NCBI GenBank assembly: GCA_041686315.1
Contig: JAWLEC010000001.1
Span: forward strand, 1 to 52,673
Origin: Ilumatobacteraceae bacterium
GTDB lineage: Bacteria; Actinomycetota; Acidimicrobiia; Acidimicrobiales; Ilumatobacteraceae
Direction of reading: 5' to 3'
DNA length: 52,673 nucleotides
In this document: piece by piece, positions 8,757-17,546 of the stretch
How positions within the stretch are numbered: position 1 is the first letter of the stretch
Layout of the letters: each line of letters begins with the position of its first letter
Position numbers and translations under genes: made by a program
Notes under the pieces: model-generated
What the model was told of the DNA's origin: nothing
Seen by the model: only the letters and a program-made list of their open reading frames with translations
The model's database searches: none

Positions 8757-9524
8757 TCAGGCCACGAGCGCCGGCAGGATGTCGCCGATCCGCCCGGTGA
8801 GCAGGACATCGGCGTACTGGTCCATCGCGGTGGCGTCACCGTTCACGATCACCACCCGGGCACCGGCGGCCCTGGCCCGGGGCACGCAGTTGGCGACCGG
8901 GAACACGCTCAGCGTGGACCCGACGGCGAGCAGCACGTCGCAGTCCTCACTCACCCGCAACGCCCGGTCGATCACGTCGGGCACCAGCGCCTGGCCGAAG
9001 CTGATCGTGTCGCTCTTGAGGATGCCGCCGCACACGAGACACGGCGGATCGGTCTCGCCGGCACGCACCCGGTCGAGGGCGTCTTCCATGGCCCGGCGGT
9101 CGTCACAGTCCCAGCACCGCGTCCACCACACCGTGCCGTGCACCTCGATCACCCGGTCGGGATCGTTGCCGGCCTTCTGGTGGAGCCCGTCGATGTTCTG
9201 CGTGACGAGGGCGTACAGCTTGCCCTGCCGCTCGACCTCCACGATCGCCCGGTGCCCGGCGTTGGGCTCGGCCGTCCACGCCGGTGTGTGGAGCCGGTTC
9301 TGCCAGGCCGCTGCACGTACCTGCGGATCGGAGAGGTAGTACTCGATGTTGGACGCCTTCTCGGCGGCAGGGTTCTTCGTCCAGAGTCCGTTGGGACCCC
9401 GGAAGTCGGGGATCCCCGAGTCGGTGGAGATCCCCGCACCCGTGAGCACCACGAGACGTTCGGCGGCGTCGACGACGTTGTTCGCCGCCGCGAGCAGGTC
9501 GGTGGTGGGACGCTGGCCGGCCAT
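8757..9524 (-). CDS. cobB: NAD-dependent protein deacylase (sirtuin, CobB type)
   Basis: Start at Met40 of ORF 8757..9641 (CAT 9522-9524). GAGISTDSGIPDFRG, QNIDGLH, HG and the Zn ribbon CWDC...CLVCGG are present. Confidence 0.9.
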   Translation of the reverse strand: MAGQRPTTDLLAAANNVVDAAERLVVLTGAGISTDSGIPDFRGPNGLWTKNPAAEKASNIEYYLSDPQVRAAAWQNRLHTPAWTAEPNAGHRAIVEVERQGKLYALVTQNIDGLHQKAGNDPDRVIEVHGTVWWTRCWDCDDRRAMEDALDRVRAGETDPPCLVCGGILKSDTISFGQALVPDVIDRALRVSEDCDVLLAVGSTLSVFPVANCVPRARAAGARVVIVNGDATAMDQYADVLLTGRIGDILPALVA

Positions 9525-9667
9525 CTCGACATGCTGGCCGGTTGCGGTCCCCGTCGCAACAGGACCCCGCCGCGATCCGGCGCCGGCGACCCCCGTGCCG
9601 GGCGACGAGCGGCGTCGGCGAGGAGGGCCCCACAGCAGCACGGCAGGACGCCGGTAGCGTCGACGTC

Positions 9668-11248
9668 ATGTCCGAGCAGGTGCTCTCCGAAGCGTCGCGC
9701 CGTCGCACCTTCGCGATCATCAGCCACCCCGACGCGGGCAAGACCACCCTCACCGAGAAGTTCCTGCTCTACGCCGGCGCCATCACCTCGGGCGGCGCCG
9801 TCAAGGCCCACGAGGGCCGCAAGGCCGCCACGTCCGACTGGATGGACATGGAACAGAAGCGCGGCATCTCCATCACCTCCACGGCGCTGAACTTCCCGTA
9901 CCGCGACCACGAGCTGAACCTGCTCGACACGCCCGGTCACCGCGATTTCTCCGAGGACACCTACCGCGTGCTGTCCGCCGTCGATGCCGTGGTGATGGTG
10001 CTCGACTCGGCCAAGGGCATCGAACCCCAGACACTCAAGCTGTTCGAGGTCTGCCGGTCACGCAACCTGCCGGTGATCACCTTCCTCAACAAGCTCGACC
10101 GTCCCGGCATGGAACCACTGGAACTCCTCGACCAGATCGAGGACCAGATCGGGCTCCGTCCCACACCCGCCACGTGGCCGGTCGGGTCGTTCGGCGACCT
10201 CCGCGGCGTGATCGACCGGCGTTCCGACGTGTTCACCCGCTTCACCCGCACCGCCCGGGGCTCGAAGATCGCGCCCGAGGAGGACGTGCCCGCCGAGCGC
10301 GCCGCCGAGGAGGAGGGCGCCGCGTGGGCCACGGGCGTGGAGGAGTCCGAGCTGCTCTCGGCGATGGGGGCCGACGTCGATCTGCCGTCGTTCCTGGCGG
10401 GCGAGTCCACCCCGGTGTTCGCCGGGTCGGCACTCACCAACTTCGGCGTGCGCCACCTGCTCGACGCCATCGTCGACCTGGCGCCGGCTCCGGCGCCGCG
10501 GCTCGACGTCGACGACAAGCCCCGCCACCTCGACGAGCCGTGCTCGGCGTTCGTGTTCAAGGTGCAGGCCAACATGGATCGCCACCACCGCGACCGCATC
10601 GCCTTCGCCCGGATCTGCTCGGGACGCTTCGACCGCGGCATGGTGATGACGTGCGAGCGCACCGGCAAGCCGTTCGCCACCAAGTACGCGTCCACGGTGT
10701 TCGGCGCCGAACGCACCACCGTCGACGAGGCGTTCCCGGGCGACGTCGTCGGGCTCGTCAACGCGACCGGTCTCAACATCGGCGACTCGCTCTACGACGA
10801 GACCGGCCCGCCGGTGAAGTTCCCGCCGATCCCGGCGTTCGCCCCGGAGGTGTTCGCCACCGCCCGGCCGGTCGACACCGGCAAGACCAAGCAGTTCCGC
10901 AAGGGCCTCGACCAGCTCAACGAGGAAGGTGTGGTGCAGGTGCTGAAGGACCCCGACTGGGGCGATGCGTCACCGGTGCTCGCCGCCGTGGGCCAGCTGC
11001 AGTTCGACGTGTTCTCCAACCGGCTCGACATCGAGTTCAACGCACCGATCGAGCTGTCGTCGGCGCCGTACCAGGCCATCCGCCTCACCGACAAGGCCTC
11101 GGCCGACGTGCTGCGGGAGAAGCCCGGCGTGCGGATCCTCGCCCGCTCGGACGGGCATCTCGTCGCCCTGTTCGAGAACAAGTACGCCCTCGCTCGCATC
11201 GAGCAGAACGAGCCCGAACTGGTGCTCGACCACATCATCGCGGGCTGA
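9668..11248 (+). CDS. prfC: peptide chain release factor 3
   Basis: ATG 9668 is in frame with ORF 9542..11248. RRRTFAIISHPDAGKTTLTEK...DWMDMEQKRGISITS..DTPGHRDF is a translational GTPase of the RF3 type. Confidence 0.95.
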   Translation: MSEQVLSEASRRRTFAIISHPDAGKTTLTEKFLLYAGAITSGGAVKAHEGRKAATSDWMDMEQKRGISITSTALNFPYRDHELNLLDTPGHRDFSEDTYRVLSAVDAVVMVLDSAKGIEPQTLKLFEVCRSRNLPVITFLNKLDRPGMEPLELLDQIEDQIGLRPTPATWPVGSFGDLRGVIDRRSDVFTRFTRTARGSKIAPEEDVPAERAAEEEGAAWATGVEESELLSAMGADVDLPSFLAGESTPVFAGSALTNFGVRHLLDAIVDLAPAPAPRLDVDDKPRHLDEPCSAFVFKVQANMDRHHRDRIAFARICSGRFDRGMVMTCERTGKPFATKYASTVFGAERTTVDEAFPGDVVGLVNATGLNIGDSLYDETGPPVKFPPIPAFAPEVFATARPVDTGKTKQFRKGLDQLNEEGVVQVLKDPDWGDASPVLAAVGQLQFDVFSNRLDIEFNAPIELSSAPYQAIRLTDKASADVLREKPGVRILARSDGHLVALFENKYALARIEQNEPELVLDHIIAG

Positions 11249-11307
11249 TCGTCGGCGGGCACGACTGGTCCTGCGGTCCACTTCGCTGCGCCACGGCCCT
11301 CACTAGG

Positions 11308-12030
11308 GTGTCGGCCGTGACCGCACTCCCCCGCCTCACCGTTCTCGCCCTGGTGGCCACAGCGGCCGTGCTGGTGCCGGCCGCGGCGTCGGCCACGGCA
11401 CCGCCTGCCACCGAGGCACCGGCGGAGGCCACCACCGCCGAACCCGCGCCGACCGAGCCTCCTGCCGACCCGCCGGCCACCGAGGCACCTGCGCCTCCGG
11501 CCGCCGAGACACCGGTCGACGGCGAGGTCGACGGGGACGACGACGGCATCGACATCCCCTGGGGAACGATCCTGCTGGTCGGGGCACTGGTGGTCGCGCT
11601 GCTCGTGATCGTCAGTGCGTTCTCCGGCCGGACGTCCTCGCGGGCTCGCCGGGCCGCCGCCCCGCGGCGCGCCGACCCGGCCCGCAGCAGCCTGCTCAGC
11701 ACGTCGCAGTGGGTCCACGACCAGCTCTCGCTCGAGCTGATGGCGGCGTCGCCGGCCAGTGCGCGTCAGCGCTGGGCCACCGAACGTTCGCGTCTCGACA
11801 ACGTGGCGATCGGCGCCCAGCAGCAGTGGACCGAGGGCCACGGCGAGGCGTGGCAGCGCCTCGGCCAGACCACATCGGCCCTGGCCGGTGCGCTCGAGAC
11901 CAACATCGCGCTGCGCGAGCAGGCCGAACCCAACCCGCAACTGGTGCAGCAGTCGGTCGACGTCGTCAACCGCAACCGGGCGGTGCTGCAACAGCTGATC
12001 TCGGCGCTGTGGCCCAGCGTGCACAGCTGA
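11308..12030 (+). CDS. hypothetical membrane-anchored protein (signal/TM, Pro-Ala-Thr-Glu linker, TM, helical C-terminal domain)
   Basis: GTG 11308 is in frame with ORF 10174..12030. The N-terminal region LPRLTVLALVATAAVLVPAAASA is hydrophobic. It is followed by a PATEAP-rich linker and a second TM (ILLVGALVVALLVIV). I recognised no family. Confidence 0.55.
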   Translation: MSAVTALPRLTVLALVATAAVLVPAAASATAPPATEAPAEATTAEPAPTEPPADPPATEAPAPPAAETPVDGEVDGDDDGIDIPWGTILLVGALVVALLVIVSAFSGRTSSRARRAAAPRRADPARSSLLSTSQWVHDQLSLELMAASPASARQRWATERSRLDNVAIGAQQQWTEGHGEAWQRLGQTTSALAGALETNIALREQAEPNPQLVQQSVDVVNRNRAVLQQLISALWPSVHS

Positions 12031-12055
12031 CGTCGATCACGCCGTCAGCCGGACC

Positions 12056-14482
12056 TCATCCCGGCTCGAGTTCCCGCTCCGACACCGGCTCGGAAGGCGA
12101 CTCCGACACCGGCTCGGCGAGAACGTCGGCTGCCCACCTCAACAGATCGACGGCCTGTTCGAGCGAGAGTCCCGAACCCTCCCGGACGGCGTACTCGAGT
12201 TCCTGCTCGGTCAACAACCGTCGGAGACGTTCGTCGGTGGCCTCGCGAAGCGACAACACCCGTTCGAAGCCGCCCTGTTCGAGCTCTCCGCTCAACGCCC
12301 GCAGCGCTGCCAGCATCGACGCCGCTTCGCGCGGGTGCGTGCGTACCATCGGTCGATAGGCGAACTCGAGGAAGTTGACCGTGGCCGTCCGCATGCCGGC
12401 CGACAGCATGATGTCGCAGGCATCGGCGAGGCTGCGCAGTTGCGCCGCATCGTCGCGGGCCGCCTCGTGCAGATGCGCGATGCCCAGGAGTGCGTATCCG
12501 GCCGCCGACGGACGCTTGATGGCGACCGAGAGGTCCGCGACCTCACGAGCCATGTCGAACGTCTCCGGCGCACCCGGTGTGGCGATCATCCGGTTGACGA
12601 GCGCCGTGATCGTGTGCACGGCACCGACGTCTCGAGCCATCGACACGCCCCGGTCCCCGATTGCCGCCGCCGCGGGCTCGTCGTCGGCAATCGCGTGCAC
12701 GATGCCGAGTACCCCGTAGAGGCGGGACGTCTCCGACGGGTCGGCGTCGAGGGCGCTCACCGTCTTGCGGAGGTGCTCGTCGGCCTCCTCGAGTTTGCCG
12801 CTGAAGGCGAGACGGAGTGCGAGCCGTGCGCCGGCGTAGGCCGGATAGGGCGACCCGTGCTCCTCGGCGATGCCGATCGCCTTGCGTGCCGCGGCCTCCG
12901 ACTCGTCGTTCCTGCCGATCAGCCAGTCGGCGCTGGCGAGCCAGCCCAGCACCCTCGTCCGCAGTTCGGGCGACACCTCGGGGACGTCGCAGCGCTCCAA
13001 CCAGTCGCGTGCTTCGCGCCCCATCGACCGGGTGGTCCACATGTCGGTGAGCCGGAGCGCCAACTCCGCTGCCTCGTCCGGATGGTGTTCGAGCAGCCAG
13101 ACGAAGGCGATGCGAGCGTCGTCCAACCAGCGGACCGCCAGGTCGATGTTCGCCCGTGCCGTCGCGGGATCCCGGTCGTCGATCGGCGAGGGAAGCTCGT
13201 GAAGCACCCAACGCGCCAGACGCCCGCGGACGGCGTCTCCCCGCTCGCCGAGGCGTTCGGTGCAGAACTCGCGCACGGGCGCCAGCAGCCGGAACTCGTC
13301 CTCGTCACGCATCACCAGCGAGCGGCTGCACAGCTCGTCGAGCACGTCGATGGCGTCGAACTCGTCCAGCCCGCACACGGCTGCAGCGGCGCGCCAGGTG
13401 AAGGCTCCCTGGAACACCGACAACGAGTCCAAGACCTCCGCGTCACCCGCATCGAGGAGATCGACGCTCCACCCGATGGCGTGACGCAACGTCCGATGGC
13501 GTCCGACACCGTCGCGCGAGCGCAGCAGAGCGAGCGCCTCGTCGAGATGGCCGAGCACGTCCTCGGGCGACAGCGTCCGGATCCGCGCCGCAGCCAGTTC
13601 GATCGCCAGTGGAAGGCCGTCGAGGCGCCGGCAGATCGCCGTCACCGTCGCGTGATCGGCGGCCGTCAGCCGGAAGCCGGGGTCGGCGTCCCGGGCCCGC
13701 TCCACGAACAGCCTGACCGCAGGAGCCGACGACTCGACATCGGGCTCCGGCATCGGAGTCGCCGAGCCCGACGGGCCGGTCGGGTGTCGGCCACTGTCGA
13801 GGGGTGCCAGGAGCACCACGTCCTCGATCTCGAGGCCCAGATGGCGCTGGGACGTGCACAAGATGGCCGACCGGATGTCGCTGTCGACCACAGCGCCGAG
13901 CGCATCGGCCGTCGCCTCCAGCAGGTGCTCGCAGTTGTCGAGCAGCACCAGCATCCGCCGCGTCGACAGTGCCGCTCGGAGTTCGTCCACCGGCATCGCC
14001 CCACCCTCGACCGTCAGGGCCACTCCGGTCACGATCGCCGCCACGAGCCGGTCGGGCTCGTCCACAGCGGCGAGGTCGACGAACCACACCCCGTCGGGGA
14101 ACGAGGAACGGAGGCGCTGCGCGACGTGCAGCGACAGGCGCGTCTTGCCGACGCCGCCGGGCCCGACCAGCGTCACCAGAGGTCGGCGCTCGACCAGCTC
14201 GGCGACGTCGCGCAGTTCGACGTCACGGCCGATGAGGCCTTCCGACACCGCCGGTAGCCAGCCGAGATCCACGTTCTCGGTGCGGAGCTCGGGGAACTCC
14301 GTGGGCAGTCCGTCGGCGACGAGTTGCAGCAGGCGCTCGGGTTGGTGCAGGCCACGCAGTCGGTGCACGCCGACGTCTCGGAAGTGCACGTCGGGATGGT
14401 CGGACACGATGTCGGCGAGCACGCCGCTGACGAGGACCTGGCCGCCGTGTCCCGCGGCCGCGATGCGGGCGCAACGATTCAT
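12056..14482 (-). CDS. STAND-type NTPase (NB-ARC/AAA + helical-repeat C-terminus) with only the tail of a class III cyclase domain
   Basis: ORF 12056..14638. I place the start at Met53 (CAT 14480-14482). Walker A is GPGGVGKT and the Walker B-like motif is MLVLLDNCEH, followed by long TPR-like repeats. The first ~40 aa (NRCARIAAAGHGGQVLVS..HRLRGL) are the last strands of a nucleotidyl cyclase domain. Confidence 0.75.
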   Translation of the reverse strand: MNRCARIAAAGHGGQVLVSGVLADIVSDHPDVHFRDVGVHRLRGLHQPERLLQLVADGLPTEFPELRTENVDLGWLPAVSEGLIGRDVELRDVAELVERRPLVTLVGPGGVGKTRLSLHVAQRLRSSFPDGVWFVDLAAVDEPDRLVAAIVTGVALTVEGGAMPVDELRAALSTRRMLVLLDNCEHLLEATADALGAVVDSDIRSAILCTSQRHLGLEIEDVVLLAPLDSGRHPTGPSGSATPMPEPDVESSAPAVRLFVERARDADPGFRLTAADHATVTAICRRLDGLPLAIELAAARIRTLSPEDVLGHLDEALALLRSRDGVGRHRTLRHAIGWSVDLLDAGDAEVLDSLSVFQGAFTWRAAAAVCGLDEFDAIDVLDELCSRSLVMRDEDEFRLLAPVREFCTERLGERGDAVRGRLARWVLHELPSPIDDRDPATARANIDLAVRWLDDARIAFVWLLEHHPDEAAELALRLTDMWTTRSMGREARDWLERCDVPEVSPELRTRVLGWLASADWLIGRNDESEAAARKAIGIAEEHGSPYPAYAGARLALRLAFSGKLEEADEHLRKTVSALDADPSETSRLYGVLGIVHAIADDEPAAAAIGDRGVSMARDVGAVHTITALVNRMIATPGAPETFDMAREVADLSVAIKRPSAAGYALLGIAHLHEAARDDAAQLRSLADACDIMLSAGMRTATVNFLEFAYRPMVRTHPREAASMLAALRALSGELEQGGFERVLSLREATDERLRRLLTEQELEYAVREGSGLSLEQAVDLLRWAADVLAEPVSESPSEPVSERELEPG

Positions 14483-14580
14483 CGGCGGACCAACAGGTCG
14501 CCCGCTCGCTGCTCCACCATGCCCCGGTGGGCGCCGATGCGGACGGCGAGCGGCTCCACCTCCGGTCTGCCCAGGTCGGC
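14479..14580 (-). pseudogene. out-of-frame remnant of the class III cyclase domain belonging to the STAND gene
   Basis: An alternative minus frame reads ADLGRPEVEPLAVRIGAHRGMVEQRAGDLLVRR*. Adding one G in TTGGTCC (~14488-14493) would give ...GDLLGPPMNRCARIAAAGHGGQVLVS, a canonical cyclase core. Nothing cyclase-like lies further upstream. Confidence 0.6.
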
Positions 14581-14611
14581 GGGGGCGCAACTGGGCCCAC
14601 TCGATGCGACG

Positions 14612-14983
14612 ATGCGAGACCTGATCTTCGGGTTCCACGATGCACCCGTGTACCGGCAGCTGGCGTGGGAGCGTCCGGCAGATCTCGCCGATCGGCTGTG
14701 GACGGTGCTCACGTCGCTCGACGCTCGACCGTTCCCCGCCACGTGGAAGCTGATCGAGGAGTACGGCGCCGGCGCCTACCTCGGCCTGGAGGAGACCTCC
14801 GGACCGATGTTCTGCAGCGAGCTCGTCGCCTTCACCTACCAGGGAGTGGGGCTGCTCGACGACCCCCCGCCGGCGAACGCCTACAGCCCGACCGACTTCT
14901 CCTCGACGTCGACCAGCTCGCTACGTGTTGCGCCGGTGGTCGGCGAATTCGCCGTCGACGTGGCGATCGCCGCCCCGTCCTGA
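14612..14983 (+). CDS. C-terminal fragment of a YiiX-like permuted papain-fold (C92-like) protein
   Basis: 123-aa ORF from ATG 14612. YLGLEETSGPMFCSELVAFTYQGVG resembles the Cys-containing C-terminal half of YiiX/DUF830 proteins. The N-terminal half with the His motif is missing. Confidence 0.4.
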   Translation: MRDLIFGFHDAPVYRQLAWERPADLADRLWTVLTSLDARPFPATWKLIEEYGAGAYLGLEETSGPMFCSELVAFTYQGVGLLDDPPPANAYSPTDFSSTSTSSLRVAPVVGEFAVDVAIAAPS

Positions 14984-14991
14984 GTCACCGG

Positions 14992-16797
14992 TCACCACGA
15001 CCCGGAACTGCCGCCGCCACCTCCACCACCGACGCCACCTCCACCTCCGCCACCGCCGCCACCGGAGCTCGACGGGGGCGTGTGGGAGGCACGGAACGCC
15101 GAACCGGCCGTGTACACGAGCAGCGGACCTGCGAGCGCCACGTCGGGGTCGGGGATGTTCGACGACTCGATCGCCCGCTTCCAGGCGTCGGCGGCGCCCA
15201 GTGCCACCGCCCAGGCGCTGTATTCACGGACCAGGCCGCGGTCCCACGCCCAGTCGACGTGGCGGCCCTCACTGGCGGCGAGGAAGCGGCGGAACGATTC
15301 GGTCCGCAGCGTCAAGGCCGATCCGGTGGCAGTCCTGGACGGGAACAGCCCGCGGTAGGCGACGGCCGCCACGAGCAGCGGTATCACGACCCCGACACCG
15401 ATGGCCGCCGCAGGCGACGCGAGGATCCGCCAGGCCGTGTCGGTGCCGAGGACCACGGCGGCGACGAGCACCACCACGCTCGCCACCGCCACGCCCACCG
15501 CCACCTTCGCCGGGGCGGTCCCCGAGCTGCCCGGACCACCGCGTGCCCACCAGCCGGCGGCGCCGGCGAACCGGCGCTGCTCCCGTTGCACCGTCTTCCA
15601 CACTGCGGTGAAGTTCTCGTCGTAGGTGCCGAGTGGCACCTCGTCGCGCTCGCTGAAGAGCCGTGCGATGTGCGCCTGGTCGACTGCATTGAGCCGTGTC
15701 ACGCCGGGACCCCGGGAGATCGTGGGGTTGCCGTCGTCGGTGGCGACGACGATGGCGTCGCGGGCCACCATCTCGGAGAACCAGGCGGCCGTCGAGTCGT
15801 CGTCGACCGACTCGCGCAGCAGCACTGCGCCGTGCCAGGGCTCGAGCCCGCGGGGCGGGGAGAACTCGATGGTCGCCATCTCGGCCAGCCGGGCGTCGGG
15901 GACGCGATAGGTGCCGACGTCGGCGACGGCGTCGCCGCTGCCCGGCACCGGGAGGTCACCGAAGGCGGCGTCGGCTGCACCCCCTGCCCCGGCGACCTCG
16001 TTGCTGCCGTACCGGCGACCCCACACGAACACGGCGCCGGCGGCGGCGACGCCGAGCGGGATCATCAGCAGCCCGAACGGCCGGAAGCCCGAGCCGCGTG
16101 GAGCGGGGGGCTCGGGGATCGCCGGTGGCGACGGTTCTGTGAAGCCGGTGATCCTTCCTTCGACCGTGATGCCGTCGCCCGGCGCCAGCGGCTCGATCAC
16201 CACCACGTGGTTGCCGGCGTCGTCGCGCTCCAGCTCGCAGCCGCCGAACGTGCCTCGGGAGCCGACGTTGCACGTCGTCCCGTCGAACTCGAACCCGGTG
16301 AGCACCACCTCGAACCGTCGGGTCTCGAAGGTCTCGTCGTTGCCGATGATGTCGAGCGCCAACCGGCCGCTCGACAGGTTCGCCTCGGGCAGGGTGTATT
16401 CGAGGACGTAGCGGTGGCGACCGGTGAACGTGACGGCGGGATCTCCGACGCGGATGCGTGTCTCGTCGCCGAACACCACCACGTCGACGCCGGCCTCGGC
16501 GTCGGGGGAACTGGCGGTCACGTCGGTGGGCACGCCGAAGTCGTTGGGCACGATGCGCTGGTAGCCGCGCCGTCGGGTCAGCCCGAAGTCGACGTCGACC
16601 ACCTCTCGGATCCGGACACCGTCGCCGCCCGCAGCGCCCGCCGCCGGCTGCACCGTCACCTGCTTGGCGTCGAAGTGCTCGGGCCGGACGAGGGTGTCGT
16701 CGCCGGCGCCGATCACCCGGAAGCCGGCGAGCAGCGTGATCGCGGCGATCACGAGCGCCACGACGACGTGTTGCCAGACCCTGACCTTGGTGAGCAT
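14992..16797 (-). CDS. DUF2207-like membrane protein with poly-Gly C-terminal tail
   Basis: Start at Met29 (CAT 16795-16797), since the longer ORF start would lie in repeat B1. It has an N-terminal TM, an extracytoplasmic beta-rich domain, three central and C-terminal TMs, and the tail SSSGGGGGGGGGGVGGGGGGGSSGSW, which is typical of DUF2207. Confidence 0.8.
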   Translation of the reverse strand: MLTKVRVWQHVVVALVIAAITLLAGFRVIGAGDDTLVRPEHFDAKQVTVQPAAGAAGGDGVRIREVVDVDFGLTRRRGYQRIVPNDFGVPTDVTASSPDAEAGVDVVVFGDETRIRVGDPAVTFTGRHRYVLEYTLPEANLSSGRLALDIIGNDETFETRRFEVVLTGFEFDGTTCNVGSRGTFGGCELERDDAGNHVVVIEPLAPGDGITVEGRITGFTEPSPPAIPEPPAPRGSGFRPFGLLMIPLGVAAAGAVFVWGRRYGSNEVAGAGGAADAAFGDLPVPGSGDAVADVGTYRVPDARLAEMATIEFSPPRGLEPWHGAVLLRESVDDDSTAAWFSEMVARDAIVVATDDGNPTISRGPGVTRLNAVDQAHIARLFSERDEVPLGTYDENFTAVWKTVQREQRRFAGAAGWWARGGPGSSGTAPAKVAVGVAVASVVVLVAAVVLGTDTAWRILASPAAAIGVGVVIPLLVAAVAYRGLFPSRTATGSALTLRTESFRRFLAASEGRHVDWAWDRGLVREYSAWAVALGAADAWKRAIESSNIPDPDVALAGPLLVYTAGSAFRASHTPPSSSGGGGGGGGGGVGGGGGGGSSGSW

Positions 16798-16845
16798 CAC
16801 CCCAGTCTGACGTCGCCACGGGGCTGCAGCCCGAGCAGGAGCGCC

Positions 16846-16893
16846 GAACGCGTGAACAGTGTGCGGCCGGTCGGCGCACACTGTTCACGCGTT
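16846..16893. repeat. 48-bp palindromic element, family B copy 1
   Basis: gAACGCGTGAACAGTGTGCG-gccggtcgg-CGCACACTGTTCACGCGTT with 19-bp perfect arms. It lies in a divergent intergenic region. Confidence 0.85.
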
Positions 16894-16913
16894 GCCCGGC
16901 GGGCCTGGTTCCG

Positions 16914-17546
16914 GTGAGCGCAGTTGGCCGCCCACCGTGGGACATGTCCGAGACCATCGACCCACCCGATCGAGCGACCACGGTCGAACCGGCGCTCATG
17001 ACGATCACGCCCTGGATCGACCCCGTGGTCGACGAGTCGGGGTTCGATCCGCGCAGCCGTTACGTCGAGACCTACTGGCTGGGCGTGCTCGGCCCGACGG
17101 CGACGTGGCTGGTGCGGCGCTTCGTCGCCGGGCTCGAGCAGGCGCCCGACGGCTACGAACTCGACCTGCGCGCCACGGCCCGCTCGATGGGGCTCGGCTT
17201 CCACCCGGGAAGGAACTCGCCGTTCGCCCGTTCGCTCGACCGATGCGTGATGTTCGGCGTCGCCCACCACACCGGTGGCGGGCTGGCCGTGCGTCGCCGG
17301 TTGCCGCCGGTGAGCCTGCGTCACCTCAAGCGCATGCCCGACGAGCTGCGCGCCGACCACGACCGGTGGGTGCGCCACACGGTGACTCTCGACGAACTCA
17401 CCCGGGCGCACCAGCTGGCCTGCGTGCTGCACGACACCGGCGACGAGACGTGGATCGTGGAACACCGCCTCGTCGCACTCGGCGTCAGCGACGTCGTCGC
17501 CGCCGAAGCGGTCGACAACCTCAGCCGGCTGACAGCAGCCGAGTGA
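16914..17546 (+). CDS. hypothetical protein
   Basis: 210-aa ORF (alternative ATG at 16944) with protein-like composition. I recognised no motif. Confidence 0.55.
   Translation: MSAVGRPPWDMSETIDPPDRATTVEPALMTITPWIDPVVDESGFDPRSRYVETYWLGVLGPTATWLVRRFVAGLEQAPDGYELDLRATARSMGLGFHPGRNSPFARSLDRCVMFGVAHHTGGGLAVRRRLPPVSLRHLKRMPDELRADHDRWVRHTVTLDELTRAHQLACVLHDTGDETWIVEHRLVALGVSDVVAAEAVDNLSRLTAAE

Noticed and set aside
7464-9524. SIR2-family gene adjacent to an E1-like (ThiF/MoeB) gene, an adjacency that superficially recalls NADase or ubiquitin-like anti-phage modules.
   Set aside because: The sirtuin has the full CobB-type deacylase motif set, including the Zn ribbon. The E1-like protein is a rhodanese-MoeB sulfur-transfer enzyme. 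There is a 130-nt gap between them, and no E2, JAB, Ubl or effector partners. Both look like housekeeping genes.
17036-17052. GGGTTCGATCCGC, which resembles a tRNA T-arm.
   Set aside because: It lies inside a coding ORF (ESGFDPRS) with no flanking acceptor or anticodon stems, so it is not a tRNA.
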